From IMG/VR virus record IMGVR_UViG_3300038312_000316: a stretch of 27,756 nucleotides of DNA; one strand, given 5' to 3'. The notes beneath the pieces are model-generated. The model saw nothing but the letters and a program-made list of their open reading frames with translations, did no database searches and was not told the origin of the DNA. The position numbers were made by a program, and so were the translations under genes. This stretch comes from a virus. Positions 15,123 to 23,675 of the stretch are shown piece by piece (positions within the stretch are counted from its first letter, which is position 1; each line of letters opens with the position of its first letter).

Positions 15123-15548
15123 TCACTCAGTCCAAACATCCACGCGCACCGGGCGATCCCAGTCGCACGCATCGCCCTCGTCCTGCACGTAGGGATCGTA
15201 CTCCTTGCGCTCGACCCAGTAGACTTGAGCAGACCGCCCGGTCTCGATCTCCGTTGCAGAGGCCGCGTATGCGTCCTCCAGGAAGTGGCCGTCGGGGAAA
15301 TCAATCCGGCCCACACAATAGGCCTGTTGTGTGAGTCCGTAGATCCGTCCCAGGAACTCGGCCCACCCCCCCTCATACCCCTGCGCAACATCATACTCGT
15401 ACAAAACCTGCTCGCTGATGTGTTGGAGCAGGTCCGCGTTCTCCCGCTCGTCCTCATCGAGGAGGGCGATCCGGTGTTCATAGATTCTGTTCAGGGTTTC
15501 GAGGTCCTCCGAGGAGTACCCCTCTGTGTTTTCGGTCGTGTACTGCAT
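15123..15548 (-). CDS. Acidic hypothetical protein, 141 aa; N-terminal ~54 aa paralogous to 16149..16811
   Basis: Own promoter; YT.ENTEGYS..DLE.LN..YEHRIA.LDED.REN.D.LQHISEQVL.EYD is shared. Confidence 0.8.
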   Translation of the reverse strand: MQYTTENTEGYSSEDLETLNRIYEHRIALLDEDERENADLLQHISEQVLYEYDVAQGYEGGWAEFLGRIYGLTQQAYCVGRIDFPDGHFLEDAYAASATEIETGRSAQVYWVERKEYDPYVQDEGDACDWDRPVRVDVWTE

Positions 15549-15590
15549 GATCTTTCCTCTACTACATACTATGTATGCAAACTATAAATA
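15546..15590 (-). promoter_or_regulatory. Promoter with TACATA-C-TATGTA palindromic operator, copy 1
   Basis: 34 bp (15546-15579) identical to 16016-16049; TTTATAG box just upstream on the minus strand. Confidence 0.8.
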
Positions 15591-15598
15591 AGTTTCTA

Positions 15599-16018
15599 TT
15601 AGTCCTCTCCCGGGATCATGATGGTGATGCACGGCCGGCCCTCGGGATCCGCTGCACCAACCTGCATCTCCAGGGTGATCGTCCTGCGCTGGGCCGCTTT
15701 TTGGATGTAGATCACTTTAAACCGCAGCGCGTCCGCGTCCGGCCTGCATCGCGCAGCGAGCCGGGCCATCCATAGAGTATCCCACAGTCGCCCCTCTACA
15801 CTCTGACCGTACGGGACGGATCGCGGGTCAGGGGTGATGTACTCGTCCCAGAGTGTGCGGGTCACCGAGACCGGGATCGTAAACCCAGCCTCACGGGCCA
15901 TCTCGGATACGTCCACCTGATACCCGTCCCGGATCGCGTCCTCGCGGGTGTATGCGTAGATCAGATCCTCTTCCCCAAAGAGGGGGGTTTCAAAGGTTGT
16001 CTGGATTGTTTCGGTCAT
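15599..16018 (-). CDS. DUF6573-like protein, 139 aa
   Basis: YTREDAIRDG..VDVSE.AREAGF..PV.VT..LW...GQS.EGRLWD.L.M...P.ITIM.P.ED. Confidence 0.7.
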   Translation of the reverse strand: MTETIQTTFETPLFGEEDLIYAYTREDAIRDGYQVDVSEMAREAGFTIPVSVTRTLWDEYITPDPRSVPYGQSVEGRLWDTLWMARLAARCRPDADALRFKVIYIQKAAQRRTITLEMQVGAADPEGRPCITIMIPGED

Positions 16019-16148
16019 GATCTTTCCTCTACTACATACTATGTATGCATAGTATTTATTACTTTCTGTTTGGAGTGTTTGGGGGTGACCGGGCCCTTGA
16101 GGGATAGTATTAGATAATTATATATACTATGCATACATAGTATGTATT
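16016..16148. promoter_or_regulatory. Divergent promoters carrying operator copies 2 and 3
   Basis: 16033-16055 is the exact reverse complement of 16124-16146 (23 bp); TTATATATA at 16118-16126. Confidence 0.8.
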
Positions 16149-16811
16149 ATGGTAAAATACACCCACGAAAACACAGAGGGGTACTCCCCCCAGGATCTCG
16201 AAAATCTGAACGAACTCTACGAGCACCGGATCGCGGGCCTCGACGAGGACCAGCGCGAGAACCCCGACTACCTGCAGCACATCAGCGAGCAGGTCCTCCA
16301 GGAGTACGACCAGTTAGCCACCCTGACCCGGATTGAGCAGATCTACGGTACCCCTCGCCGCGAGGAGGGAGCCCCACCGGACCTCCCTGGGTCGGTGCGA
16401 TCCCTGATAGGCTCGCTCGGGTGCGAGCGGGGGATGCTGTACTCTCTCTGCGACGAGCTCCTCGGGGGTCGCCGGTACCTCTCGTTCGCGGAGTTCCAGG
16501 ACTCGCTCCGTGCAGAGATCGCGGAGCACATCGCCGCGCTCCAGCGCACCGCTGCGATCGGGCGCCCCTCCCCGTCCCCCCGGGACGAGGAGGGTGAGCT
16601 CGCCGAGTCCCTCCTCCGCTCGGGAGTATCCTCTCAGCAGGTCGCCGACCTCCGGCAGACCGGCGACCTCCGGTGCTCCGTCTGTGGCCGCGTCCTCGAG
16701 GTCGTCGAGGAGGACGGGGAGACGACCTGGATTGCCTGCCCGGTCTACAGCACCGGAGCACCAGACGCGGGGGAGCACTCCTCCGTGCGGCTGGACCGCC
16801 CGAGAGAGTGA
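16149..16811 (+). CDS. 220-aa protein: shared N-terminal domain and C-terminal Zn ribbon
   Basis: LRCSVCG...IACPV; apparently leaderless after the operator. Confidence 0.8.
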   Translation: MVKYTHENTEGYSPQDLENLNELYEHRIAGLDEDQRENPDYLQHISEQVLQEYDQLATLTRIEQIYGTPRREEGAPPDLPGSVRSLIGSLGCERGMLYSLCDELLGGRRYLSFAEFQDSLRAEIAEHIAALQRTAAIGRPSPSPRDEEGELAESLLRSGVSSQQVADLRQTGDLRCSVCGRVLEVVEEDGETTWIACPVYSTGAPDAGEHSSVRLDRPRE

Positions 16812-16968
16812 GTCCGCTAGCGGGGTCCGGCGGAGCAACCCGGCCGGCCCGGCGAACCTCTCCCCCGCACACCCCCGGCCCCCGGTCGGGGAGCAGGGAG
16901 AAACTTTTATCGTTATCGAGACCCCACTATCGGACTAGAGCGGCCGAGTGGCCCGGCGAGGTGCGCGA

Positions 16969-17064
16969 ATGAGTAAGCAGCGGGTCAGAGGTCATCTGCG
17001 AAGCGTCCCCGGACGGAAACAGAGGATCCGGGTGAAATCCTACGAACGAAAAAGAGGGAAGTAA
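16969..17064 (+). CDS. 31-aa Arg/Lys-rich peptide, putative genome-binding
   Basis: Hand translation MSKQRVRGHLRSVPGRKQRIRVKSYERKRGK; GAGGTG RBS; stop is 1 nt before the next ATG. Confidence 0.7.
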   Translation: MSKQRVRGHLRSVPGRKQRIRVKSYERKRGK

Positions 17065-17065
17065 C

Positions 17066-17308
17066 ATGGCAAAAGCGAAGGGCTCAACCAAAAAGGCGAG
17101 CACAACCAAAAAGAAGAGCGGACAGACGAAGATCGGTGCCTATGGACGGCGGGTCCTGAAGGCGACGTACAAGCAGACCGGAACCTCCTCGACGGTCCGG
17201 GACAAGAAGCGGAAAGCGATGCAGCCGGGCAAGCGGCGCAGCGCCAGCGGCCGGATCTACACCGAAACGCGGAAGAACCGATCGGACCTCCGGGGATCCC
17301 GGGTCTGA
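17066..17308 (+). CDS. Highly basic 80-aa protein, putative nucleoprotein
   Basis: Lys/Arg-rich; RDKKRKAMQPGKRRSASGRIYTETRKNRSD. Confidence 0.8.
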   Translation: MAKAKGSTKKASTTKKKSGQTKIGAYGRRVLKATYKQTGTSSTVRDKKRKAMQPGKRRSASGRIYTETRKNRSDLRGSRV

Positions 17309-17322
17309 TCAGGGGGAGCCGG

Positions 17323-17523
17323 ATGGTAAAGCGGAGATACGACGCCCCTCCCGAGAAAAAGAAATTCGCGGGAAAGACCTATACCCGGATGGCCTCTTAC
17401 TCCCCCGGGATGCCTAAGAGGGTTTTGGACGAGGCAAAAGGGGTTCTCAGGCGGGGTAACTGCAGCGCCCGAACGGTGAAAACCAAAAAGGGCTATACTT
17501 ATTTGTACATCGCAAAGAAGTGA
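17323..17523 (+). CDS. Basic 66-aa protein
   Basis: KKFAGKTY...G..AR.VK...YLY; paralog-like to the next gene. Confidence 0.75.
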   Translation: MVKRRYDAPPEKKKFAGKTYTRMASYSPGMPKRVLDEAKGVLRRGNCSARTVKTKKGYTYLYIAKK

Positions 17524-17702
17524 TCCACATGGTCCCGGCAGTAACACGAAAACGCTTCGACGGGAAACTGTACGCGCGGTTCCCCATCCCCGAAACCACG
17601 AAGGCGAAGGCACAAACAACCGCAAAGAAGCTGCGAGCAAGAGGAATGTGCGTCCGCGTGGTGAACGAAGACGGACGATACTACTTGTACGGCAGGAAAT
17701 AG
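17520..17702 (+). CDS. Basic 60-aa protein
   Basis: KRFDGKLY...K.LRARG..VRVV...YYLY; GTGA coupling. Confidence 0.75.
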   Translation: MIHMVPAVTRKRFDGKLYARFPIPETTKAKAQTTAKKLRARGMCVRVVNEDGRYYLYGRK

Positions 17703-17705
17703 CCG

Positions 17706-17722
17706 TTCTCTTCTATTTTTGG
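17706..17722 (+). terminator. T-rich archaeal terminator candidate
   Basis: TTCTCTTCTATTTTT just after the last gene of the basic operon. Confidence 0.45.
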
Positions 17723-17873
17723 ACGAATTCTTAATCTGAGCCCTAAGAACGCCCAGATTAAACACCTTCACAGACGCCTTAAAACCGACGATCTCCGGGC
17801 GGGTGGAGTGATACATCCTCCCGTTTTTCCCGCCCCCTTAAATCGCCGTGATACTCAAAGATTTGGGCTCGGA

Positions 17874-18128
17874 TCACTCCGGCCCGGCACTCACCCGATT
17901 CTCCCGCGAGAGGAGGACTCCCTGCAGGCCGAGGAAGGCGATCAGGGTGATGATCAGCGCCTCTATTGGGTACTCCCCGCTCAGAGCCCTGGATCCCGAG
18001 TAGATCGCGGCAACCCAGGCGATCCCGTACGCCCAATGGATCGGGCGGTGGGCGATCTCCGTTGCGAGGGAGTTGATCGCGCGCAATACAATGCTTTCAC
18101 CGGTTTGTTCTGTCGTTTCCATACTCAT
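17874..18128 (-). CDS. Small 2-TM membrane protein, 84 aa
   Basis: GGAG RBS; last gene of the morphogenesis run. Confidence 0.7.
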   Translation of the reverse strand: MSMETTEQTGESIVLRAINSLATEIAHRPIHWAYGIAWVAAIYSGSRALSGEYPIEALIITLIAFLGLQGVLLSRENRVSAGPE

Positions 18129-18136
18129 CTATCTCC

Positions 18137-20431
18137 TTAGAATCCCCCGACCTCGAAGAAGTCCGCCGGCGGCCCGGCCACCGGGGACCGGCGGGAGGAT
18201 TTCTTCCCCTTCTGCCGGGCGGGAGCGTCGAACGACCCCGCCCTACCTAGCGAGAACTCGATATCCGGAACGGGGTTTCGCACGATCCAATCATACGGGT
18301 CCCGCGCCGGACGCCGCCCCTTCCTCTTTCCCGACCGCTCCGCCTCATCGAGCCGGAAGCCCCGGGGCGCTGGCTCGTCCCGGAAGAGTCCCGGGACCCT
18401 GCCGGGGATCCCGCTGTCCCGGGGCCGACCACCGCCCCGCCCCCCTACACGGGGGCGCGGGGGCCGGGGATCCACTTCCCACGGCCGCGACGGGCGAGTC
18501 TCACGGCGGACGGTATCCGGCTCCCGGCGACCGGGGCGGATCTCCGGGTCCGGGCCGCGTATCGCTCGGTCGAGGGATGCCCGCTCCGGACGCACCGCAC
18601 CGCTCCCCCGGGCCTCGGTCGGCCGAGTCTGCCGGGCCGGCCGGACGGTGAACGTTCCTTTGGGCACATCCATAACTCCCCGGGTTCGAGTGCCAGATGC
18701 GTCCCGGCGGCCGGAGGCCGGGCGAGTCGGAGGGCCGGCGAGCACTTCCTCCACCGTCACCCCCCCTCGCCGGCGGCGGCTCGCCTCGGCCGCTCCTGCA
18801 GCTGGGGCCGCCAGCGGGCCAGAGGTGAGATCCGGCAGGCTCGGCAGCTTCGCCCGGATCCGCGGGATGTCAATCAGGATCGGGGGCGGTGGTGCCTGCG
18901 GGACCGGGCTGGTCGAGAACTCCATGATCTCCAGGAACTCCCCCGTTGCCGGGTGGATCGTGTAGGAACTCCCCCGGGTCACGCCGAACCGCTGGAAGAA
19001 CCGGGACCGGCCGCTATGCACCGGATACAGCCGCGTTCCGGGTTTCACGACATACTCATGTTCCGGCAGCCCTTTCCACTCGAATCCCGATATCGGTTTT
19101 GGAGAGACAAGGATCTCCCCTCGTGGAGCGTTGAAGTACTCCTTGTATGCCGCGACAGTGAGATGCTGCTGCAGGGACCGGGGGACTCGCTCCCCGCTCT
19201 GCCGGAGGGCTTCCCGCTCCTTTGCCATCGAGGCCAGCCGATCGGGGATATCCCGCACGGTGCCGCGAACCTTCAGGAACCCTCCCGACGAGAACGGGCC
19301 GTATCCGGTATCCGGCGGCCCGAGGAAGAGCGCGTGTTCCACGGCACCGAACGCCGGATCGACCTTGCCCCGCTCCAGGGCGGCAGCGGCCGCCCGGGTC
19401 TCCGGGATCGCGGTGGGCTTGTGGCCAGCGACCTCCAGCCGCCCCTCTTTCACCCCCAACTCCAGGAAGTCCCGGGAAGTGCCGTGATAGTAGTTCCGGG
19501 GAATCTCGAAGATGTCCGGGGCGAGCTCAAACTTCGTGGACCCTCGTAGAGTGGGATGATACTCCAGGGGGTTCTGCCAACGGGTGATCGCCTCGATCGG
19601 CCCCGGCGCTCCGGTGTAGACATTCATCCCGCGCTCGAAGAACGGATCGAGGTGCGCGACACCGCGCAGGGCCGTAGCTCCGGCCCGCTGCTTGAGCGGA
19701 GCGGTCTTCCCGCCTATCACCACGCCGGCAGCCATCTCCCCGACGAACCGGGCAGGGTTCTCCTGTGCGGCCTGGACGGTCCCCGCACCGACCGCCACGA
19801 GACCGCCGGCGGTCATCCCTGCAGCTCCGGCCGGGTCCCGGAGAGCCATCCGTGCCGCTCGCTCAGCGCCGAGCGGGGCAGCGGTGACGAACTCGATCGT
19901 ATGCTGCGGCATATCAACCGCTGCACCTTTGGCGAGATCGTGCCCGATATCCCCCTCCCAGTTCGGCCGGAGGCGGGTGCCCCCTCCGGTGAGCGGGCCG
20001 GCCGTCACCGGGACGACCTGCCCACCCTCAAATCGGTGGAGCGTCCGGGGGCCGAGGTAGGGGAGCGAGTCGATCGCCTGGGATATGGCCGGCGCTGCGT
20101 TCTTCGTCCACCACTGACTCGCCCCTACCCCGGCATCATAGATCGGTTTGGAGATGTCCTGCGGGATCCCCTGCTGCTTCGGCTGCACCGGCCGGGCCGC
20201 GATCGGCTGCTGCTTCGGGGCGAGTGCCTTCTTCAGCTGCTGCACCGGCTGCACGGGTTTTGCGGCCGTCTGCCGGGCCGGGGTTGCGGCGGCAGGACGG
20301 GAGTACCCTCGACCGTAGAACACCGTCGCCGGCTCCGGCCGGGTCGGTGCGGGGGCCTGTACCGGCTGCTGCTTCGGGGTGAGTGCCTGCCGGACGTTCC
20401 GGCCCTGCTGCACGAACCAATCGAGCACCAT
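18137..20431 (-). CDS. 764-aa protein: Gln/Pro-rich N-terminus, Gly/Ala hydrophobic middle, ADP-ribosyltransferase-like domain, Arg-rich C-tail
   Basis: Long ORF in operon context. Motifs YYHGTS ... LFLG ... EHEYVVKPGTRL. The function call is motif-level only. Confidence 0.8.
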   Translation of the reverse strand: MVLDWFVQQGRNVRQALTPKQQPVQAPAPTRPEPATVFYGRGYSRPAAATPARQTAAKPVQPVQQLKKALAPKQQPIAARPVQPKQQGIPQDISKPIYDAGVGASQWWTKNAAPAISQAIDSLPYLGPRTLHRFEGGQVVPVTAGPLTGGGTRLRPNWEGDIGHDLAKGAAVDMPQHTIEFVTAAPLGAERAARMALRDPAGAAGMTAGGLVAVGAGTVQAAQENPARFVGEMAAGVVIGGKTAPLKQRAGATALRGVAHLDPFFERGMNVYTGAPGPIEAITRWQNPLEYHPTLRGSTKFELAPDIFEIPRNYYHGTSRDFLELGVKEGRLEVAGHKPTAIPETRAAAAALERGKVDPAFGAVEHALFLGPPDTGYGPFSSGGFLKVRGTVRDIPDRLASMAKEREALRQSGERVPRSLQQHLTVAAYKEYFNAPRGEILVSPKPISGFEWKGLPEHEYVVKPGTRLYPVHSGRSRFFQRFGVTRGSSYTIHPATGEFLEIMEFSTSPVPQAPPPPILIDIPRIRAKLPSLPDLTSGPLAAPAAGAAEASRRRRGGVTVEEVLAGPPTRPASGRRDASGTRTRGVMDVPKGTFTVRPARQTRPTEARGSGAVRPERASLDRAIRGPDPEIRPGRREPDTVRRETRPSRPWEVDPRPPRPRVGGRGGGRPRDSGIPGRVPGLFRDEPAPRGFRLDEAERSGKRKGRRPARDPYDWIVRNPVPDIEFSLGRAGSFDAPARQKGKKSSRRSPVAGPPADFFEVGGF

Positions 20432-20433
20432 CC

Positions 20434-20742
20434 TTACCGCCCCTCATAGATTGAGTAGTCGTCCCCGTATCGGTCGTACCGCTTCCGCTGGTGGAGCGTC
20501 ACCACGAAGATCGCCACGCCGAGCACGGGAATCACATACATCAGGAAGTAGTAGATGTTGATCACCAGGTTGATCGTGCCGCTCTGGTCCCACTCTGCCG
20601 GGACATCATAGACGCCGGCGATCGTGAAGCCGTCCACGAGTGCATCGAGGATCGTCCCGCCAGCGAGGCTCATCATAACGCCGATCACAATCGTCACGAT
20701 CATGATAATGAACCCCTGCCACACGGCGCTGAAGCTAGTCAC
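20434..20742 (-). CDS. Helical-hairpin 2-TM protein (capsid-like), 102 aa
   Basis: Two hydrophobic helices; basic residues after TM2; start overlaps the upstream stop. Confidence 0.8.
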   Translation of the reverse strand: MTSFSAVWQGFIIMIVTIVIGVMMSLAGGTILDALVDGFTIAGVYDVPAEWDQSGTINLVINIYYFLMYVIPVLGVAIFVVTLHQRKRYDRYGDDYSIYEGR

Positions 20743-21004
20743 TTGGATTCTCCTCCAGCGCCCTGATGTATGCCCAGTACCCGATACCGAGGAGCCCGAT
20801 GATCGGGATAGCTGCGAACCATCCTAACGACCACCCAACCGCTCCGGCCGTCTGCACGCCAACCTTACCGTCACCTATGAGGGTGTTGGCGGCCTCGATC
20901 GCCCCGTTAAGTGCCGGGGTGAAGCAGATGAAGATCAGCGCGACCATTCCGATGAACATCACGACCGCGATTAACCCATATGCAATGCCTTCGTCGTTTT
21001 TCAT
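20735..21004 (-). CDS. Helical-hairpin 2-TM protein (capsid-like), 89 aa, starting MKNDEG
   Basis: GAGGT RBS; TATA-like TTATATA at ~21060-21067 on the minus strand. Confidence 0.8.
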   Translation of the reverse strand: MKNDEGIAYGLIAVVMFIGMVALIFICFTPALNGAIEAANTLIGDGKVGVQTAGAVGWSLGWFAAIPIIGLLGIGYWAYIRALEENPSD

Positions 21005-21106
21005 TTCAACCTCGCTTCGGCCCCGGTCGGGGAAAAAGAGAGTTTCAAGCCTGTACAAACTATATAATTCGTATTCCGAGCCGGAGTGACGGCGGCGGCA
21101 GGCGTT

Positions 21107-22042
21107 TTAGTCCCCCCTGTAACCGAGTTCCTGCAGCACCCCTCGCGTCTTCCACCGATACCAGGTACGGTCTGGTACTCCGATCTCTTTGAGGGCTTCT
21201 TTGTGTGCCATCCCGATAAGCCGGCACCGCTCGTACTCCGGCAGGACTCTCTTGGCACGATCGTACATATCCGAGGTCATCCGAGGCCCTGGAGCCGGCT
21301 TCTCTTCTTCTTCCCGCCTCGCCCGCTCCGAGATGATCCTCCGGGTTACGTCCTTCCGGATCTTGTCGTACTGCATCGCCAGGAACTTGGGGGGACGGTG
21401 GACCACATACTTGGTGATCTTCGCCCCGTCCTCCGCGACGAGGTGCGGTGTGATACGCTGATTGTTGAGCCGGAAGAGGGTCTTCGTCTTAAAGACCTTC
21501 ATCAGGGAGAAACCCCTACTGTATTCAGAGCGATCCATCTCTGCCATGTAGTTGCAGAGCATCCGGGGCACTTTGTCCAGGAGGAACTGATTCGGCATCG
21601 AGAGGATCTGCACGGTCTGCGCGACACGGTTGATCTGGAAGATGTCGTTCTTGTCCCGGTTGTCCTTGCTCGCAAACGACCGGGAGTTCCACCCCACCCC
21701 AATGTCGTCAAAGAGGTAAATGTTGTACGGTTTCGCCTCTCCAATGATCTCAAATGCTCTATCGGGGTCGATGATGGCGACATTGTTCATGCTGAAGTAT
21801 TTGGTCCACTTGTGCCAGTCGTCGTCGAGGATCTCTGCCACGCACCGGGCCGTATTGTAGGCGATGCGGAGCGAGGCATATGATTTCCCGGAGCCCTTCT
21901 GCCCTTGGAGGAGCATAGCGATATCCTGCTTGTACGGTCCGGTGATGGTGTGCGCGAACCGCTGCGCCAGGAAGTCACAGCCGCCCCGCATAGCAGCATA
22001 GGATAGTCCGGAGCCCTTCTGCGGGAGAGGGTTATGTGACAT
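21107..22042 (-). CDS. P-loop ATPase (Zot-like/spindle-virus morphogenesis type) with C-terminal HTH
   Basis: Walker A GQKGSGKS; Walker B IYLFDD followed by GVGWNSR; tail HKEALKEIGVPDRTWYRWK. Start uncertain (22042-22084). Confidence 0.85.
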   Translation of the reverse strand: MSHNPLPQKGSGLSYAAMRGGCDFLAQRFAHTITGPYKQDIAMLLQGQKGSGKSYASLRIAYNTARCVAEILDDDWHKWTKYFSMNNVAIIDPDRAFEIIGEAKPYNIYLFDDIGVGWNSRSFASKDNRDKNDIFQINRVAQTVQILSMPNQFLLDKVPRMLCNYMAEMDRSEYSRGFSLMKVFKTKTLFRLNNQRITPHLVAEDGAKITKYVVHRPPKFLAMQYDKIRKDVTRRIISERARREEEEKPAPGPRMTSDMYDRAKRVLPEYERCRLIGMAHKEALKEIGVPDRTWYRWKTRGVLQELGYRGD

Positions 22043-22490
22043 CGACGCAGGCAGCTTCGCCATCGGCACCGCCATTGCACTCACCCCCTCCGAACTGGGC
22101 TTCGTCTTCCTCTTCTCCCGGCTGAGGTCCGCACACGCCGTAGGTCATCACGGTTGTAACGCCGAGCATGTTGTCGTACCAGCTCCGGACATCTCCGAGG
22201 ACGCGCGTGCAGGCGTTCACCATCGCTGTCGCTTCGTCGTCGTTTGAGGGCGTTTTGTAATCTTTGAGACCCTCCTCGTAGTACTGCTTTTTTCTCACCC
22301 GGAACTCTTCCCGCATCCCCTCGTCAGTGACTGCCGAGATCATCAGGTCGGTGAAGATCGGGATCCGGGGGTCCCGGATGTTCGTCATCTGAATGATAAT
22401 CTGCTCAAGGGCGTTCCATGAGATGAAATGACTGTGAAGATACTCGTCCTTTGCCGCCATCGGCGGCGTTCCGAGGCTTACCTTTGCCAT
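22032..22490 (-). CDS. Hypothetical helical protein, ~152 aa
   Basis: GGAGG RBS before ATG 22490; overlaps both neighbours. Confidence 0.75.
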   Translation of the reverse strand: MAKVSLGTPPMAAKDEYLHSHFISWNALEQIIIQMTNIRDPRIPIFTDLMISAVTDEGMREEFRVRKKQYYEEGLKDYKTPSNDDEATAMVNACTRVLGDVRSWYDNMLGVTTVMTYGVCGPQPGEEEDEAQFGGGECNGGADGEAACVDVT

Positions 22491-22849
22491 GAGATCACAT
22501 CCCTCCGTGCAAGGATCCGCTGCCACTTCTCGAATAGCTCAATCCCGGCCACCGCTCGCTCCGTGGAGATTTTCTGGTTCCGGGGATCTATCCATGCCCG
22601 GATGCCCTTGAGGAGCTTTACACTATCCTCGTCGTCTTCGTCTACGATCTCCTGATAGGGGGAGGTCAGGGTGAAGAGTGCGGCGAAACACTCATAAAAC
22701 TCCAAAAAGGGTTGGGTGAGCGGCCCCCGGGGATCCATGAGATAGAGGCGGAGGTTGGTGCCCTGCCGGGCCGTGGCGATATATGCGGCGTCGATGACGG
22801 TCGCAATCGCGGGCCGCTCGGTTCTGGGTGTCGGGAGAGATTCTGCCAT
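22478..22849 (-). CDS. Hypothetical protein, 123 aa
   Basis: GAGG RBS; operon position. Confidence 0.75.
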   Translation of the reverse strand: MAESLPTPRTERPAIATVIDAAYIATARQGTNLRLYLMDPRGPLTQPFLEFYECFAALFTLTSPYQEIVDEDDEDSVKLLKGIRAWIDPRNQKISTERAVAGIELFEKWQRILARRDVISWQR

Positions 22850-22856
22850 GTGTGCC

Positions 22857-23675
22857 TCACTTGATGATGTTGTACGCCACTGCTCCGCCGATGATAATCA
22901 TCAGTGCCGCGATCGCTGCCGTGAGAATCAGGCCGAACTTCTTGGCGAAGTCTTCCATCTGTTTCCGCACTTTCCGCTCGATGAGCAGGCCGTACTGGTG
23001 GAGGTCCTGCGAGAGGTAGGCGGTCGGGATGTTCTTGAACGCATAGGCGTAGGAATACATCCCGCTGCTCGGCACCTCGACCTCTGCGGTGCGGTCCTGG
23101 GCGTCGATGATGAGGTTCATCAGGGCGCGAGAGTCGTGGACATCGAACTCCACGGCAGTTGTGGCGGTCATCTCGTAGAGGGACTCGCAGTATTCCTCCA
23201 GGTCGTTCCGGGGTGTGTCGAGGAGCGCCAGAACCTGATCGTCCGTCAGGAATTGCAGCTGCGGGAACTCCGTCCGGATCGTGTAGATCACCGTCTGGAG
23301 AGACATGCAGTGCCGGCCGTCGAGGGCGAGTGGGGTCGTGGTGCCGTAGTGGTAGACCCGCAGCCCTTTTGCGAGCCGGTCGGGGGCGATCTGCCCGCTG
23401 AACTTCGGGTCTACCTGGATACCGAACGACTGGCCTTTGACACTGAAGACCGGATCGCCCTTCTCGTCTTTCCCGCCTAAGATCAAGTCCGTCTCCCCTG
23501 TGCCGGGGACCGTGAGGGCCAAGACCGGGAGGTTCTTCTTCCTCGCCTGGGAGAGGATGCGCCATTCGGGGATCCACTTGTAGACTTCGGAGACGATCAG
23601 GCCGAGGCCGACATAGCCGCCGGCTGCAATGAGTCCACCGGCGATGAGGGTCAGGTCGTCAATTACCATCGGCAT
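22857..23675 (-). CDS. 272-aa protein with N- and C-terminal TM anchors
   Basis: Hydrophobic ends; TAATG coupling. Confidence 0.8.
   Translation of the reverse strand: MPMVIDDLTLIAGGLIAAGGYVGLGLIVSEVYKWIPEWRILSQARKKNLPVLALTVPGTGETDLILGGKDEKGDPVFSVKGQSFGIQVDPKFSGQIAPDRLAKGLRVYHYGTTTPLALDGRHCMSLQTVIYTIRTEFPQLQFLTDDQVLALLDTPRNDLEEYCESLYEMTATTAVEFDVHDSRALMNLIIDAQDRTAEVEVPSSGMYSYAYAFKNIPTAYLSQDLHQYGLLIERKVRKQMEDFAKKFGLILTAAIAALMIIIGGAVAYNIIK

Noticed and set aside
16812-16900. Second GGY-NN tract in the GC-rich spacer after 16149..16811
   Set aside because: It has short CCGG repeats but no sustained 5-nt RCC/GGY register.
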